64,000 nucleotides of DNA from positions 158,273 through 222,272 of the forward strand of contig VMHB01000002.1 in assembly GCA_007378985.1 (NCBI GenBank), in the 5' to 3' direction. Shown here piece after piece: positions 45,278 through 55,082 of the stretch (the first letter of the stretch is position 1; each line of letters opens with the position of its first letter). The position numbers and the translations under genes are program-made. The stretch is from Parcubacteria group bacterium Greene0714_7. Lineage in GTDB: Bacteria > Patescibacteriota > Minisyncoccia > Phycocordibacterales > Phycocordibacteraceae. The notes under the pieces are model-generated. The model did not search any database, was not told the DNA's origin, and saw only the letters and a program-made list of their open reading frames with translations.

Positions 45278-45848
45278 AGTAACAGCTCGAGGGATTATAG
45301 TTGCTAGGCGCTCAGCCGGAGAGGGTAGTGTGCGTATTTCTATATATACGGACTCGTTAGGACTTGTTTCCGCTCTCGCTAAAAGTGCCCGTGAAGAACG
45401 ATCAAAGCTTCGCCCACACCTACAGGTTGGGACAACGGGCGTTTTTGTTTTGGTGAAAGGTCGCGATGTGTGGCGTGTTATTGGTGCTACAAAAACTGAG
45501 AATTCGCATTTTGCACTTTCAGGTAATACAAAAGCTCAAGAAGTTACGGCCCGGGTTATCACAATAGTTAGGCAGTTTATTCGGGGAGAAGGCAGTGATC
45601 CATATCTTTTTAGTGCGCTGTTTGGATTCTTTCGCATCATCCCAAGCGTCGATGAGGAGTATGTACTTGAAGCGGAATGCATTGTGGTACTTCGGGTACT
45701 CGCAGCATTAGGGTATGTGCGAGAGGATCCTATAATGAAGTTGTTTTTAGATATTTCGTACGATATGCCAACTTTGAAAGCGGTGCGTGAATCACGGGGC
45801 ACACTTGTTCGCCTTATTAACGAGGCTATTTCTGAAAGTGGACTGTGA
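45264..45848 (+). CDS. recO: DNA repair protein RecO-like (short form)
   Basis: N-terminal OB-fold pattern GIIVARRSAGEGSVRISIYTDSLGL; overlaps ileS end by 14 nt. Confidence 0.5.
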   Translation: MSVREVTARGIIVARRSAGEGSVRISIYTDSLGLVSALAKSAREERSKLRPHLQVGTTGVFVLVKGRDVWRVIGATKTENSHFALSGNTKAQEVTARVITIVRQFIRGEGSDPYLFSALFGFFRIIPSVDEEYVLEAECIVVLRVLAALGYVREDPIMKLFLDISYDMPTLKAVRESRGTLVRLINEAISESGL

Positions 45849-45850
45849 AG

Positions 45851-45883
45851 TTAGCTTTTAGCTTACAGCTTTTAGCTTTCAGG
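45851..45883. repeat. degenerate tandem repeat tagctttta/gcttacagctttta/gctttcagg
   Basis: read directly downstream of recO stop. Confidence 0.7.
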
Positions 45884-45911
45884 GAGGAAATTGCCCCCTC
45901 TTCTCTCTGTA

Positions 45912-45947
45912 TTAAAGCTGGAAGCTGACAGCTGAAACCTGTAAGCT
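45912..45947. repeat. inverted copy of the 2532..2567 intergenic repeat
   Basis: attaaagctggaagctgacagctgaaacctgtaagct = reverse complement of 2532..2567. Confidence 0.8.
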
Positions 45948-45953
45948 AATGAG

Positions 45954-47807
45954 ATGTCCGACAACGGTGCACTCGAAAATCTTTCAAAAAAACTAGACAG
46001 CGGGTTAGTTGATGGAAGCATTCATCGCTCAACCCTTTTCTCACGCAGTTCGCGCGCTCCTAAGGGATGGCAGAAACAGGAAGGAGGTGATGTGTCGGCT
46101 AGGCCAAAGGGGCGACGTATGAAGATCCCTGAAATACTCTTTGGTGGCTCGGTTATTTTTTTCTTTCTCGCTGTTGCAGTCGCGGGGGTAATTTTGTTTG
46201 CTGGCAATAACACAATCTCAACTAAGAACGTCGATGTTCAGGTGACTGGCCCGACAGAAATTGGTGCCGGAAGCACGCTTTCTTTGCAGGTTGTTATAAC
46301 AAACAGAAATGCTGTGCCGATGGAACTCACTGACTTAATTATAGAATTCCCCGCAGGTACGCGGTCAGATACAGATATTTCTCGTGAACTTCCACGCATT
46401 CGAGAGTCGCTAGGGACTATTAAATCTGGTGAGAGTATTAATCGTACAATCCGTGCTGTTGTTTTTGGTGAGTCAGGGCAGGATCTCTCTATTAAAGCTT
46501 CGGCGGAATACCGTGTACCTTCTTCGAATGCTATTTTTGTGAGCGAAACTACGTATGTGACAAAAGTTAATCAGTCACCAGCATCTATTACTATTGATGC
46601 CCTCAAGGAGGCAGTATCAGGACAACCTGTGACATTCTCCGTGTCGGTAGTATCGAATGCTCCGGGGGTTTTGAAAGATATGCTTCTTGTTGCAAATTAT
46701 CCTCCGGGATTTTCTTTTGAATCTTCAAAGCCAGCGCCTACGGTAGGCACTGCATCGTGGGCACTTGGAGACATAGAAGCAGGCGGTACACGCACCGTGG
46801 AAGTGAAAGGTGTTTTTGTTGGTGAAGATGGCGAGAGCAGGGTGCTTCGTTTTAACACGGGAACTCAGAAGATAGATAATAGTGATGCAATCATAGCTCC
46901 GCTCGCGGCGTCTGAACTTTCACTTACCGTAACAAAGCCTTTCGTTTCCGTCGCACTCTCGCTTGAAGGTTCTACTTCTGACACACACACAATTATTCGT
47001 GGACGAGAAGTGCAAGGGCAGGTGACATGGACAAACAATCTTCCAGTGAAGGTTCAAAATGTTGCCATCACACTTACCTTAGACGGGGCTATTTTAGATC
47101 GAAGTACGGTGCAAGCAGAAAAAGGATTCTATAGTTCAAATAATTCATCAATACTTTGGAGTAAGGCAACTAATTCAAATCTTTCAAATGTTGCCCCAGG
47201 GGACTCAGAGACACTTTCATTTTCATTCAAGACACTTCCTTTAAATAAGGGCGACTTTAAAAATTCGACTGTGCGCCTGTCGGTTAATGTGGAGGCAGAG
47301 AGACAAAGTGAATCAAACGTTCCTGTTATCGTTAAGTCATCCGCTACAACAAATGCCGTTGTTGCAACAGATGTAACGCTTTCTCCATCGATAACGAATA
47401 TGGCGGGACCCGTATCACCAAAGGCCGATAAGGAAACAACCTACACTGTCACCTGGATCGTTTTGAATTCGGCAAATGCATTAGCCAATACTTCTGTGAG
47501 TGCGATATTGCCAAGTTATGTGCGTTTCATTGCGCCCGAAGCTGGGTCAAATATTTCTTTCAATGCCTCTGGCCGTATTGTCACTTGGGCTATTGGAGAT
47601 GTGGCAGGGGGGCAAACAAAAAATGCTTCATTCAAAGTAGGAATGACCCCGTCTCTCACTCAAGTAGGAAATGTACCAACGATAGTCGGTAGTCAGCGAG
47701 TGTCTGCCTATGACCGATTTGTGAGAGGTCAGATTGAAGCTACGGCAGGACCATTAACAACTGGCTCAGCTTCAGGTGTACCGAGCGGAGGTGTTGTAGT
47801 GCCATAA
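45954..47807 (+). CDS. large membrane-anchored surface protein with beta-sandwich (DUF11/CARDB-like) repeats
   Basis: cytoplasmic basic N-terminus, single TM SVIFFFLAVAVAGVILFAG, ~550-aa Thr/Ser/Val-rich extracellular region. Confidence 0.45.
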   Translation: MSDNGALENLSKKLDSGLVDGSIHRSTLFSRSSRAPKGWQKQEGGDVSARPKGRRMKIPEILFGGSVIFFFLAVAVAGVILFAGNNTISTKNVDVQVTGPTEIGAGSTLSLQVVITNRNAVPMELTDLIIEFPAGTRSDTDISRELPRIRESLGTIKSGESINRTIRAVVFGESGQDLSIKASAEYRVPSSNAIFVSETTYVTKVNQSPASITIDALKEAVSGQPVTFSVSVVSNAPGVLKDMLLVANYPPGFSFESSKPAPTVGTASWALGDIEAGGTRTVEVKGVFVGEDGESRVLRFNTGTQKIDNSDAIIAPLAASELSLTVTKPFVSVALSLEGSTSDTHTIIRGREVQGQVTWTNNLPVKVQNVAITLTLDGAILDRSTVQAEKGFYSSNNSSILWSKATNSNLSNVAPGDSETLSFSFKTLPLNKGDFKNSTVRLSVNVEAERQSESNVPVIVKSSATTNAVVATDVTLSPSITNMAGPVSPKADKETTYTVTWIVLNSANALANTSVSAILPSYVRFIAPEAGSNISFNASGRIVTWAIGDVAGGQTKNASFKVGMTPSLTQVGNVPTIVGSQRVSAYDRFVRGQIEATAGPLTTGSASGVPSGGVVVP

Positions 47808-47907
47808 ACTGGGCATAGCTTTTAGTTTTTGGGGAGGATACAATCATTCAATGCAAAAAGAAGAAGGATGCCGTATTACAATGAGTGTTATCGTAGCAAA
47901 GTAATAT

Positions 47908-49287
47908 ATGGATACTCTCGCAAATTCGAACGAAAAACACTCTGGGCATGACGCCGAACTTCACAACCGGATGGAGAAGATTACATCGCTTGCAAAGCGA
48001 CGAGGTTTTATTTTTCCAGGCTCTGAAATATATGGAGGTCTTTCAGGTACCTATGACTACGGCCCGTTAGGTGTTGCGCTGAAGAATAATGTAAAGAATC
48101 TCTGGTGGCGGATGTTCGTTGATAGTCGTGATGATGTATACGGTGTTGATGCTGCAATTTTAATGAATTCAAAAGCGTGGGAAGCGTCCGGGCATGTTTC
48201 TGGTTTCTCTGATCCGTTGGTTGAATGTAAAAAATGTAAACGACGTTTTCGTGCCGATCATCTTGAGGGTGGGAAGAGGTGTCCTGAGTGTGAGGGTGAG
48301 CTCGGCGAAGCGCGTCAGTTCAACATGATGTTTAAGACACATGCGGGCGCTACTGAAGATGAGTCTTCAGTCGTATATCTTCGACCTGAAACCGCTGGAG
48401 GTATTTTCGTCAACTTTAAGAATATTATTGATACCTTTCATCCAAAGCTACCGTTTGGTATAGCGCAAATTGGCAAAGCATTCAGGAATGAAATTGCACC
48501 ACGCGACTTTGTATTTCGTTCAAGAGAGTTTGAGCAGATGGAGCTTGAATACTTTGTTAATGAAAATTCGTGGGAGAGCGCGTTTGAGGAATGGAGAAAG
48601 GGTATGGTGCACTTTGCAAAAGTGTGTGGTTTATCAATGGATTCCTTCCACTCTAAAGATATAGAGGCAGGGGACTTGGCGCACTACAGTAAAAAGACTA
48701 TCGATTTTGAATTCGATTTTCCTTTCGGACGAGGTGAGCTCTGGGGGTTGGCGTACCGAGGTGATTTTGATCTTTCTGCGCACGAAAAAGGCTCAACTGT
48801 TGAATTGAAATATTCTGATGGAGAAGGCGCAAAAATTACTCCCCATGTAATTGAGCCATCGCTTGGTGTTGATCGTACTGTGCTCGCAATTCTCGCGAGT
48901 GTGTATAAGGAAGATGTGGTGGGGGATGATACGCGTGTTTACCTTGCATTTCCATCTCACATAGCTCCCATCAAAGCCGCGGTGTTTCCTCTTTTGAAGA
49001 ATAAGCCAGAGCTTGTAGAGAAAGCGCGAGAAGTATACACGGCACTTAAAAAGAAGGTGCCTCAGGTTATGTGGGACGATAATGGCAACATTGGCAAGCG
49101 GTATCGTAGACAAGATGAGATAGGTACACCGTGGTGCATTACTATTGATTTCGATACTCTCGGCGAAAACCCTGAACAAAAAGATACCGTTACGGTGCGA
49201 AACAGAGACACTGGCTCACAAGAGCGAATGCCTATCGATACGGCAATAGAAATGGTGGCAAGAGGTGTATCCCTGTATCTACAATAG
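47908..49287 (+). CDS. glyQS: glycyl-tRNA synthetase (class II, alpha2 type)
   Basis: FIFPGSEIYGGLSGTYDYGPLG, class II motifs 2 and 3, C-terminal anticodon-binding domain. Confidence 0.9.
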   Translation: MDTLANSNEKHSGHDAELHNRMEKITSLAKRRGFIFPGSEIYGGLSGTYDYGPLGVALKNNVKNLWWRMFVDSRDDVYGVDAAILMNSKAWEASGHVSGFSDPLVECKKCKRRFRADHLEGGKRCPECEGELGEARQFNMMFKTHAGATEDESSVVYLRPETAGGIFVNFKNIIDTFHPKLPFGIAQIGKAFRNEIAPRDFVFRSREFEQMELEYFVNENSWESAFEEWRKGMVHFAKVCGLSMDSFHSKDIEAGDLAHYSKKTIDFEFDFPFGRGELWGLAYRGDFDLSAHEKGSTVELKYSDGEGAKITPHVIEPSLGVDRTVLAILASVYKEDVVGDDTRVYLAFPSHIAPIKAAVFPLLKNKPELVEKAREVYTALKKKVPQVMWDDNGNIGKRYRRQDEIGTPWCITIDFDTLGENPEQKDTVTVRNRDTGSQERMPIDTAIEMVARGVSLYLQ

Positions 49288-49307
49288 AGTGGTGCTAGAA
49301 TAGCCAC

Positions 49308-50366
49308 ATGGACACTCGGCCTCTCACCATCAACATCACGCCAGGTTCTTTTTGGGCAGGGGTAGGAATCGGCTTACTCTTATGGTTACTTTTCTTTCTT
49401 AGAGATCTTGTTCTTATTGTCCTCACTGCTATTGTCCTCTCCTCGGCAGTAGAACCAGGTGTGCATTGGTTTGTGAAGAAGCGTTTCCCTCGCGCTGTTG
49501 CAGTGCTATCAATTTATGCATTGATTGTAGGAGTATTTTTAGGAATCATTTATCTTTTGTTACCACCCCTTGTTGAAGAAGTACGAGGGTTTATTGTTGA
49601 TCTCCCACAGTTCTTGAGCTCCCTCCGTATTGATAGTATTTTCGGAGGCTCTACGGTGAGTGCACTCCAACCATTTATTCCTCACGAATTTTCTGCAGCA
49701 CTTCTTGCGCAATTGCAAAGTTTCGTTATCCCGACTGGACAAGGAGCCCTCCAAGCTGTGTACAGTATCTTTGGCGGTATCATTTCTTTTATTTTGATAA
49801 TCATTTTATCGATCTACTTTGCATTTCAAGAAACAGGTGTGGACGATTTTCTCAAGATTGTTATACCAGTGAAGCATCAGCACTACGCACTTGATTTATG
49901 GAAGCGATCCCGTCATAAGATTGGTCTTTGGATGCAAGGACAACTCATTCTTTCCCTCATCATCGGTGTACTAGGCTACCTCTGGCTTTCTATTCTTCAA
50001 GTGCCGTATGCATTTCTTATTGCTATTTTTGCAGCCTGTGTAGAAATTATTCCTATGTTTGGTTCGCTCGTCTCAGGAACACTTGCAGTTATCATAGGGG
50101 CAACAACAGGAGGAACCCAGCTCGCACTCTTTGTTGCAGGAGGCTTTCTTGTTATTAACCTCCTTCAGTCAAATCTTATTTATCCTTTGGTAGTGAAGCG
50201 GGTAGTGGGAGTACCTCCGCTCATGGTTATTTTGGCAATGATTGCAGGAGGACAGCTTGCAGGCTTCTACGGCATACTTCTCGCTGTTCCTCTAGCGGCT
50301 GCACTTCAAGAATTCGTGACTGACATAGAAAAATCAAAAACCCGTGAACTCGCTGAATTGAAATGA
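49308..50366 (+). CDS. AI-2E family transporter (PerM/UPF0118)
   Basis: 8-TM pattern with LVLIVLTAIVLSSAVEPGVHWF N-terminal motif. Confidence 0.7.
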   Translation: MDTRPLTINITPGSFWAGVGIGLLLWLLFFLRDLVLIVLTAIVLSSAVEPGVHWFVKKRFPRAVAVLSIYALIVGVFLGIIYLLLPPLVEEVRGFIVDLPQFLSSLRIDSIFGGSTVSALQPFIPHEFSAALLAQLQSFVIPTGQGALQAVYSIFGGIISFILIIILSIYFAFQETGVDDFLKIVIPVKHQHYALDLWKRSRHKIGLWMQGQLILSLIIGVLGYLWLSILQVPYAFLIAIFAACVEIIPMFGSLVSGTLAVIIGATTGGTQLALFVAGGFLVINLLQSNLIYPLVVKRVVGVPPLMVILAMIAGGQLAGFYGILLAVPLAAALQEFVTDIEKSKTRELAELK

Positions 50367-51838
50367 TTGATAGTCCGATGCGCACCTTTTATCTCACCAC
50401 CACACTCCCATACGTTAATGCCGACCCTCACATTGGGTTTGCGCTCGAGCTTGTGCAAGCCGACGCACTTGTTCGCTTTTGGCGTTCACAGGGGAACGAA
50501 GTGTTCTTTAGTACAGGTACAGATGAGCACGGTCAGAAAATATACGAGGCTGCAGAAAAGGCAGGGAAGAGTACGCAGGAATATGTCGACTACTATGCGA
50601 ATGAATTTCAGCGCCTCAAAGGAACATTGGGGCTATCGGAAGATTTGCATTTTATTCGCACTACGAGTCCTCACCACAAGCTCGCAGCTGAGGAGATGTG
50701 GAAGAGGTGTATGGCAAAGGGTGATATTTATAAAAAAGAATTTGAAGGATTGTACTGCGTTGGGTGTGAGAAGTTCTTAACTCAAAAAGAAATCATTAAC
50801 GATCTGTGTCATATTCATAAAACGACTCCGCAACTTTTAAAAGAAGAAAATTATTTCTTCAAATTCTCAAAGTATCAAGAGAGACTTCTTGAATATTTAA
50901 ATCGTTCTGATGTCGTAATTCCCGAATGGCGCAGAAACGAAGCCATAAATTTTGCCACGGAAGGGTTGGAGGATTTCAGTATTTCTCGAGAAAAGAGCAA
51001 GCTCACGTGGGGCGTGCCTGTTCCTGGCGACGACACTCAAGTGATGTATGTTTGGTTTGAGGCGCTCATCAATTACATTTCGACGCTTGGTTGGCCGGAA
51101 GATGCAGAGGGGAATTTCCAGAAATTCTGGGAAGAAGGACACACGCTTCAGATGGCAGGGAAAGACCAGGTTCGTTTTCAATCGCTCATGTGGCAGGCGA
51201 TGCTTATGTCCGCCGACATTAAAAATACTGACCAAATTTTCTACCACGGCTTTATAAATTCTGGTGGACAAAAGATGTCCAAATCTATCGGCAATGTCAT
51301 TAGTCCCTATGAACTAGTTCAAAAATACGGAACTGAAGCAACGCGGTATCTTTTACTCCGTCATGTGCACTCAACCGAGGATACGGATGTGACGTGGGAG
51401 AAATTAGATGAATGGTACACGGCAGGACTGGTAAACGGAATTGGCAATCTCGTGGCGCGGGTGATGAAGCTTGCGGAGGATAACTTGGACGCACCCATTT
51501 CTCCCGGGCAACCCTCGAATCCTCCAGGGTTTGATAACGCCATGACGTCTTTTGATTTCAACCGGGCAATGAATAGCACATGGGAGAAAATCGGTCTGGT
51601 TGATGTACGCATCACTGAAGAGGAGCCATTCAAGATTGTAAAGACTGACCCCTTGGAAGGCAGTCGGATAATCGGAGAGCTTGTCCACGACATATACGAT
51701 ATATCGTATATGCTCGAATCGTTTATGCCTGATACGAGTAAAAAAATCCTTTATGCAGTCAAAGAAAACAAAAAACCAGAAAACTTATTCCCTCGGCTTG
51801 CTGAACCATCTCGCGAAGGTAGCTCACGCCGTGGATAG
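50363..51838 (+). CDS. metG: methionyl-tRNA synthetase
   Basis: YLTTTLPYVNADPHIGFA (HIGH-type), GQKMSKSIGN (KMSKS), zinc knuckle CVGCEKF. Confidence 0.9.
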   Translation: MIDSPMRTFYLTTTLPYVNADPHIGFALELVQADALVRFWRSQGNEVFFSTGTDEHGQKIYEAAEKAGKSTQEYVDYYANEFQRLKGTLGLSEDLHFIRTTSPHHKLAAEEMWKRCMAKGDIYKKEFEGLYCVGCEKFLTQKEIINDLCHIHKTTPQLLKEENYFFKFSKYQERLLEYLNRSDVVIPEWRRNEAINFATEGLEDFSISREKSKLTWGVPVPGDDTQVMYVWFEALINYISTLGWPEDAEGNFQKFWEEGHTLQMAGKDQVRFQSLMWQAMLMSADIKNTDQIFYHGFINSGGQKMSKSIGNVISPYELVQKYGTEATRYLLLRHVHSTEDTDVTWEKLDEWYTAGLVNGIGNLVARVMKLAEDNLDAPISPGQPSNPPGFDNAMTSFDFNRAMNSTWEKIGLVDVRITEEEPFKIVKTDPLEGSRIIGELVHDIYDISYMLESFMPDTSKKILYAVKENKKPENLFPRLAEPSREGSSRRG

Positions 51839-51860
51839 GTACCACGATTAATTGGGGTAG

Positions 51861-52670
51861 GTGCATATGAAACCAAAATACTTTGATATTCATTCCCACG
51901 TAACTTTTAAAGATTACGACCAAGATCTTGAAGAAGTACTTCAGCGAATGCGTGATGAGTCTGTATGGACTATTACTGTGGGTGTTAATAAAGCCACATC
52001 AGAAGACGCAATAAAGTTTGGCGAGGGTAAAGAAGGATTCTTTTCAACAATTGGACTTCATCCAAATGATACTGAGTCGGAAACTTTTTCAGAGAACGAA
52101 TACAAAGAACTCGTTTCAAATCCAAAAGTCGTGGGAATAGGGGAGTGCGGACTAGACTATTACCATCTCAAAGACGGAGAGGTGGGGAAGAAGAGGCAGG
52201 CACGAGAGTTTGAAAAGCATATTGATTTTGCAATTAAATACGATAAACCATTAATGATTCACGGGAGACCTTCTCGAGGGACCGTAGATACCTACCTCGA
52301 TATGCTTGCGATGTTGGAATCAAAGAAAAGAGAAGTGGGTGAGAAGCTTCGAGGTAACATTCATTTTTTTGTGGGTACCGTTGACATAGCGAGGCGTTTT
52401 TACAACATTGGCTTCACAACATCATTCACGGGCGTTCTCACTTTTGCTCGCGAATACGATGAGGTGGTGAAGTTTGCACCACTCGAGATGCTCATGACTG
52501 AAACTGATGCCCCCTATGCCACCCCGAACCCTTTTAGAGGGAGAAGAAATGAGCCTTTATATGTGAAGTACATTGTTGGGGCTATTGCCTCAATTCGGGG
52601 CATTTCAGAAGAGGTAGCCAGAGAGGCTACCGTCCAAAACGCCCTTCGGCTTTTCAGTATTCCTAGCTAG
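51861..52670 (+). CDS. tatD: TatD-family metal-dependent hydrolase
   Basis: FDIHSHVTF, ...VVGIGECGLDYYH..., ..LMIHGR.. motifs. Confidence 0.85.
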   Translation: MHMKPKYFDIHSHVTFKDYDQDLEEVLQRMRDESVWTITVGVNKATSEDAIKFGEGKEGFFSTIGLHPNDTESETFSENEYKELVSNPKVVGIGECGLDYYHLKDGEVGKKRQAREFEKHIDFAIKYDKPLMIHGRPSRGTVDTYLDMLAMLESKKREVGEKLRGNIHFFVGTVDIARRFYNIGFTTSFTGVLTFAREYDEVVKFAPLEMLMTETDAPYATPNPFRGRRNEPLYVKYIVGAIASIRGISEEVAREATVQNALRLFSIPS

Positions 52671-52712
52671 CACCTAGAACCTTGAGCCTAGAAGCTGTCC
52701 TCGTTTGCCTCA

Positions 52713-53282
52713 ATGGGCGAGCCATGGTACGCTCTTCGGACAATGGAAACAAAGATATTGGAAGAAGATTTGGCTGGAGTTCCAGCTCTTTCAGATGAAG
52801 GAGATGATGTCCGCACAAATGTCTATGAAGTAGGCTATCACCTGTTGCCAACGCTCTCTGAGGAGGAAGTTACGGTAGCGGTTCAGGGGATTATGGAAAC
52901 TCTCAAGGGAGAGGGTGTTACTTTTGTCGGGGACAGATTTCCTTCAAACATTGCTCTCGCATACACAATCGCAAAGCGTGTAAACGGTAAATTGACGAAT
53001 TTTAACGGCGCATACTTTGGCTGGATGGCTTTTGAGGCTCCTCGCGGCGCAATTGCTCGCATAAAAATAGCATTGGATGCAAACCCATCAATCCTCCGCT
53101 CACTCATCGTAGTAACCGACAGAGAGGCGGTAGCAGCAGCTTTGAGTGGTGCAGTTGTAGGCCCATCAGGCTCTATTGATAAGCCAAAACGAGAGGCTGA
53201 AGTGGGAGGCGAAATGTCTGAGGTCGCCCTCGATCAAGCTCTTGAAAGTATTGCTACAGAAGACGCAAAGGTTGCTGAATAG
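52713..53282 (+). CDS. rpsF: 30S ribosomal protein S6 with N- and C-terminal extensions
   Basis: YEVGYHLLPTLSEEEVTVAVQGIMETLKGEG...WMAFEAPRGAIARIKIALDANPSILR; gene order S6-SSB-S18. Confidence 0.7.
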   Translation: MGEPWYALRTMETKILEEDLAGVPALSDEGDDVRTNVYEVGYHLLPTLSEEEVTVAVQGIMETLKGEGVTFVGDRFPSNIALAYTIAKRVNGKLTNFNGAYFGWMAFEAPRGAIARIKIALDANPSILRSLIVVTDREAVAAALSGAVVGPSGSIDKPKREAEVGGEMSEVALDQALESIATEDAKVAE

Positions 53283-53387
53283 GAATTAGCCATTAGCCAA
53301 TAGGGTATAGGAAAGTCATCACATCCAAAATGCATTCAGAAAATCTTCCCCTAAACCCTAAACCCTAACCACTATCCCCTAATCCAC

Positions 53388-53840
53388 ATGTATCTCAATA
53401 AAGTTTTCATTGCAGGAAACCTCACTCGCGACCCAGAGTTAAAAGCGCTCCCATCTGGTGCGAATGTTTCTTCCTTCGGTGTTGCAACAAATCGTACATG
53501 GAAAGATCAGAATGGTGAGAAGAAAGAGGCAACAGAGTTTCATAACATTGTTGTGTTTGGTCGTCAGGCAGAAACCTGTGCTCAGTACTTGAAAAAAGGT
53601 CAGCAAGTTTTGGTTGAAGGCCGACTTCAGACTCGTTCTTGGGACAAAGATGGCGCAAAGCAGTATCGAACAGAAATTGTTGCAGAGCGCGTTCAGTTTG
53701 GCTCGAAGACCGGAGGCGGGGGAAGCGACGAAGTGCGCGGTGACGGCGCTCCAATGAAGCCTGGTAAGGCAGGGAGTGACAAAGGTCCCGATATCGAGTA
53801 TCCTGCCGAAGAAATAAGCCCTGACGATATTCCATTTTAA
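53388..53840 (+). CDS. ssb: single-stranded DNA-binding protein
   Basis: MYLNKVFIAGNLTRDPELK OB fold, Gly-rich tail, terminal DIPF. Confidence 0.9.
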   Translation: MYLNKVFIAGNLTRDPELKALPSGANVSSFGVATNRTWKDQNGEKKEATEFHNIVVFGRQAETCAQYLKKGQQVLVEGRLQTRSWDKDGAKQYRTEIVAERVQFGSKTGGGGSDEVRGDGAPMKPGKAGSDKGPDIEYPAEEISPDDIPF

Positions 53841-53855
53841 ATAACAATAAAAATT

Positions 53856-54038
53856 ATGTCTTCACTTCCAAAATACGTTGATTACAAGAACACCCAATAC
53901 CTTAAAGGGTTTATTACGCCACATGCTCGTATTCAAGGCGCTCGCCGAACCAGCATGCCAGCAAGCCATCAGCGAAAGATTGAGAAAGCTATCAAACACG
54001 CTCGTTTCATGGGACTTCTCCCATACATTTCACAATAA
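53856..54038 (+). CDS. rpsR: 30S ribosomal protein S18
   Basis: YVDYKNTQYLKGFITPHARIQGARRTS. Confidence 0.85.
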   Translation: MSSLPKYVDYKNTQYLKGFITPHARIQGARRTSMPASHQRKIEKAIKHARFMGLLPYISQ

Positions 54039-54040
54039 AC

Positions 54041-54259
54041 ATGTCTGTAGAAGCTCTACAGCGCGGGATTGCGGTAGTAAAGTTACTTGAGAAGAGGATT
54101 TTCTCACCAGAAGGACTTTCTCCACAGAGTAAAAGTCTCGGCGGCAATCTACTTGATTTTATTGGCGCACAACTTTCGGATGTCGAAAGGGAGTCACTTT
54201 TTAGTTTCAGTAAGCGTACAGGTAAACAAGCAAGGAAGAAACGCGGCGACACTATGTAA
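54041..54259 (+). CDS. hypothetical 72-aa protein at the position usually occupied by rplI (L9)
   Basis: ORF only; no L9 similarity. Confidence 0.25.
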   Translation: MSVEALQRGIAVVKLLEKRIFSPEGLSPQSKSLGGNLLDFIGAQLSDVERESLFSFSKRTGKQARKKRGDTM

Positions 54260-54300
54260 GCCTTTGTAGAAAAACTGAGGTATTTACATCGCATGTTAAA

Positions 54301-54330
54301 CAAAAAATCCCTCGTGTGAGGGATTTTTAT
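54301..54330 (+). terminator. rho-independent terminator
   Basis: aaaatccctcgtgtgagggattttta. Confidence 0.6.
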
Positions 54331-54380
54331 TTAGCTAATCTCTTAGATTGAAACCTAGCACCTAGCACCTAGAACCTTCC

Positions 54381-54956
54381 TCAGGCTTTCTCAACTCTTT
54401 CGTTGTATTCTCCAGTCTCGGTATTGATGCGCACAATATCACCTTCGTTGATGAACATCGGAACATTTACCGTTGCTCCACCTTCGAGTGTTACTAGTTT
54501 TGTACCACCTTGCGCAGTATTGCCTTTGACTGATGGGGGAGCCTCAACCACTTTGAATTCCATTTTTATTGGCAACCTCGCGCCAATGATTTCTTCATTC
54601 CATACCAATAGCTCCACGAGCAAATCAGGCTTCAGATACTGTCCGTTTTCTCCAAGAATCCCCTCGGTTACCACAAAACGATCTTTTGGATTTTCTGGAT
54701 CGGTAAACCACGCTTCGCCACGATTTTTGTATATGAATTTTGCTGAGCGCTTTTCCATGTCTGCTTCCAATACGGTTTCCGCTTGGTGAAATGATATTTC
54801 AAGCACTTTCCCAGTTTTCAAGTTTCTGAGTTTTGTTTGGTTTACAGGCTTTCGTTGTTGTTTGCGAAATACATGTGAAGAGAGCACTTCAAATGGTTGC
54901 CCTTCATGGACAATTATTTTCTTAGGAATGATTTCGTTGTATGAAAGTACAGACAT
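54381..54956 (-). CDS. efp: translation elongation factor P
   Basis: three OB-like domains, KPxxxxxKxGKG-like loop region (..RNLKTGKVLE..), 191 aa. Confidence 0.85.
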   Translation of the reverse strand: MSVLSYNEIIPKKIIVHEGQPFEVLSSHVFRKQQRKPVNQTKLRNLKTGKVLEISFHQAETVLEADMEKRSAKFIYKNRGEAWFTDPENPKDRFVVTEGILGENGQYLKPDLLVELLVWNEEIIGARLPIKMEFKVVEAPPSVKGNTAQGGTKLVTLEGGATVNVPMFINEGDIVRINTETGEYNERVEKA

Positions 54957-55060
54957 ATAAATTAGGGTATAGGGTCTAGTGGTTAGGGTTTAGGGCTGGT
55001 TCAAGTTCCAAAGCTGGAAGCTGGCACCTGAAACCTGAAAGCTTCTCAATAAGTATTAAT
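54957..55060. repeat. composite intergenic repeat block (gggtatagg / ggttaggg / agctggaagctgg / cacctgaaacctgaaagc)
   Basis: shares words with repeats at 2532, 34296, 45912, 53285, 60835. Confidence 0.7.
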
Positions 55061-55082
55061 AAAGGCGCCGAAGCGTCCTCAC

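Noticed and set aside
53341-53375. Telomere-like (CCCTAAA)n repeats
   Set aside because: Only about three units sit in an internal intergenic spacer of a bacterial operon, and they belong to the wider intergenic heptamer-repeat family. Not telomeric.
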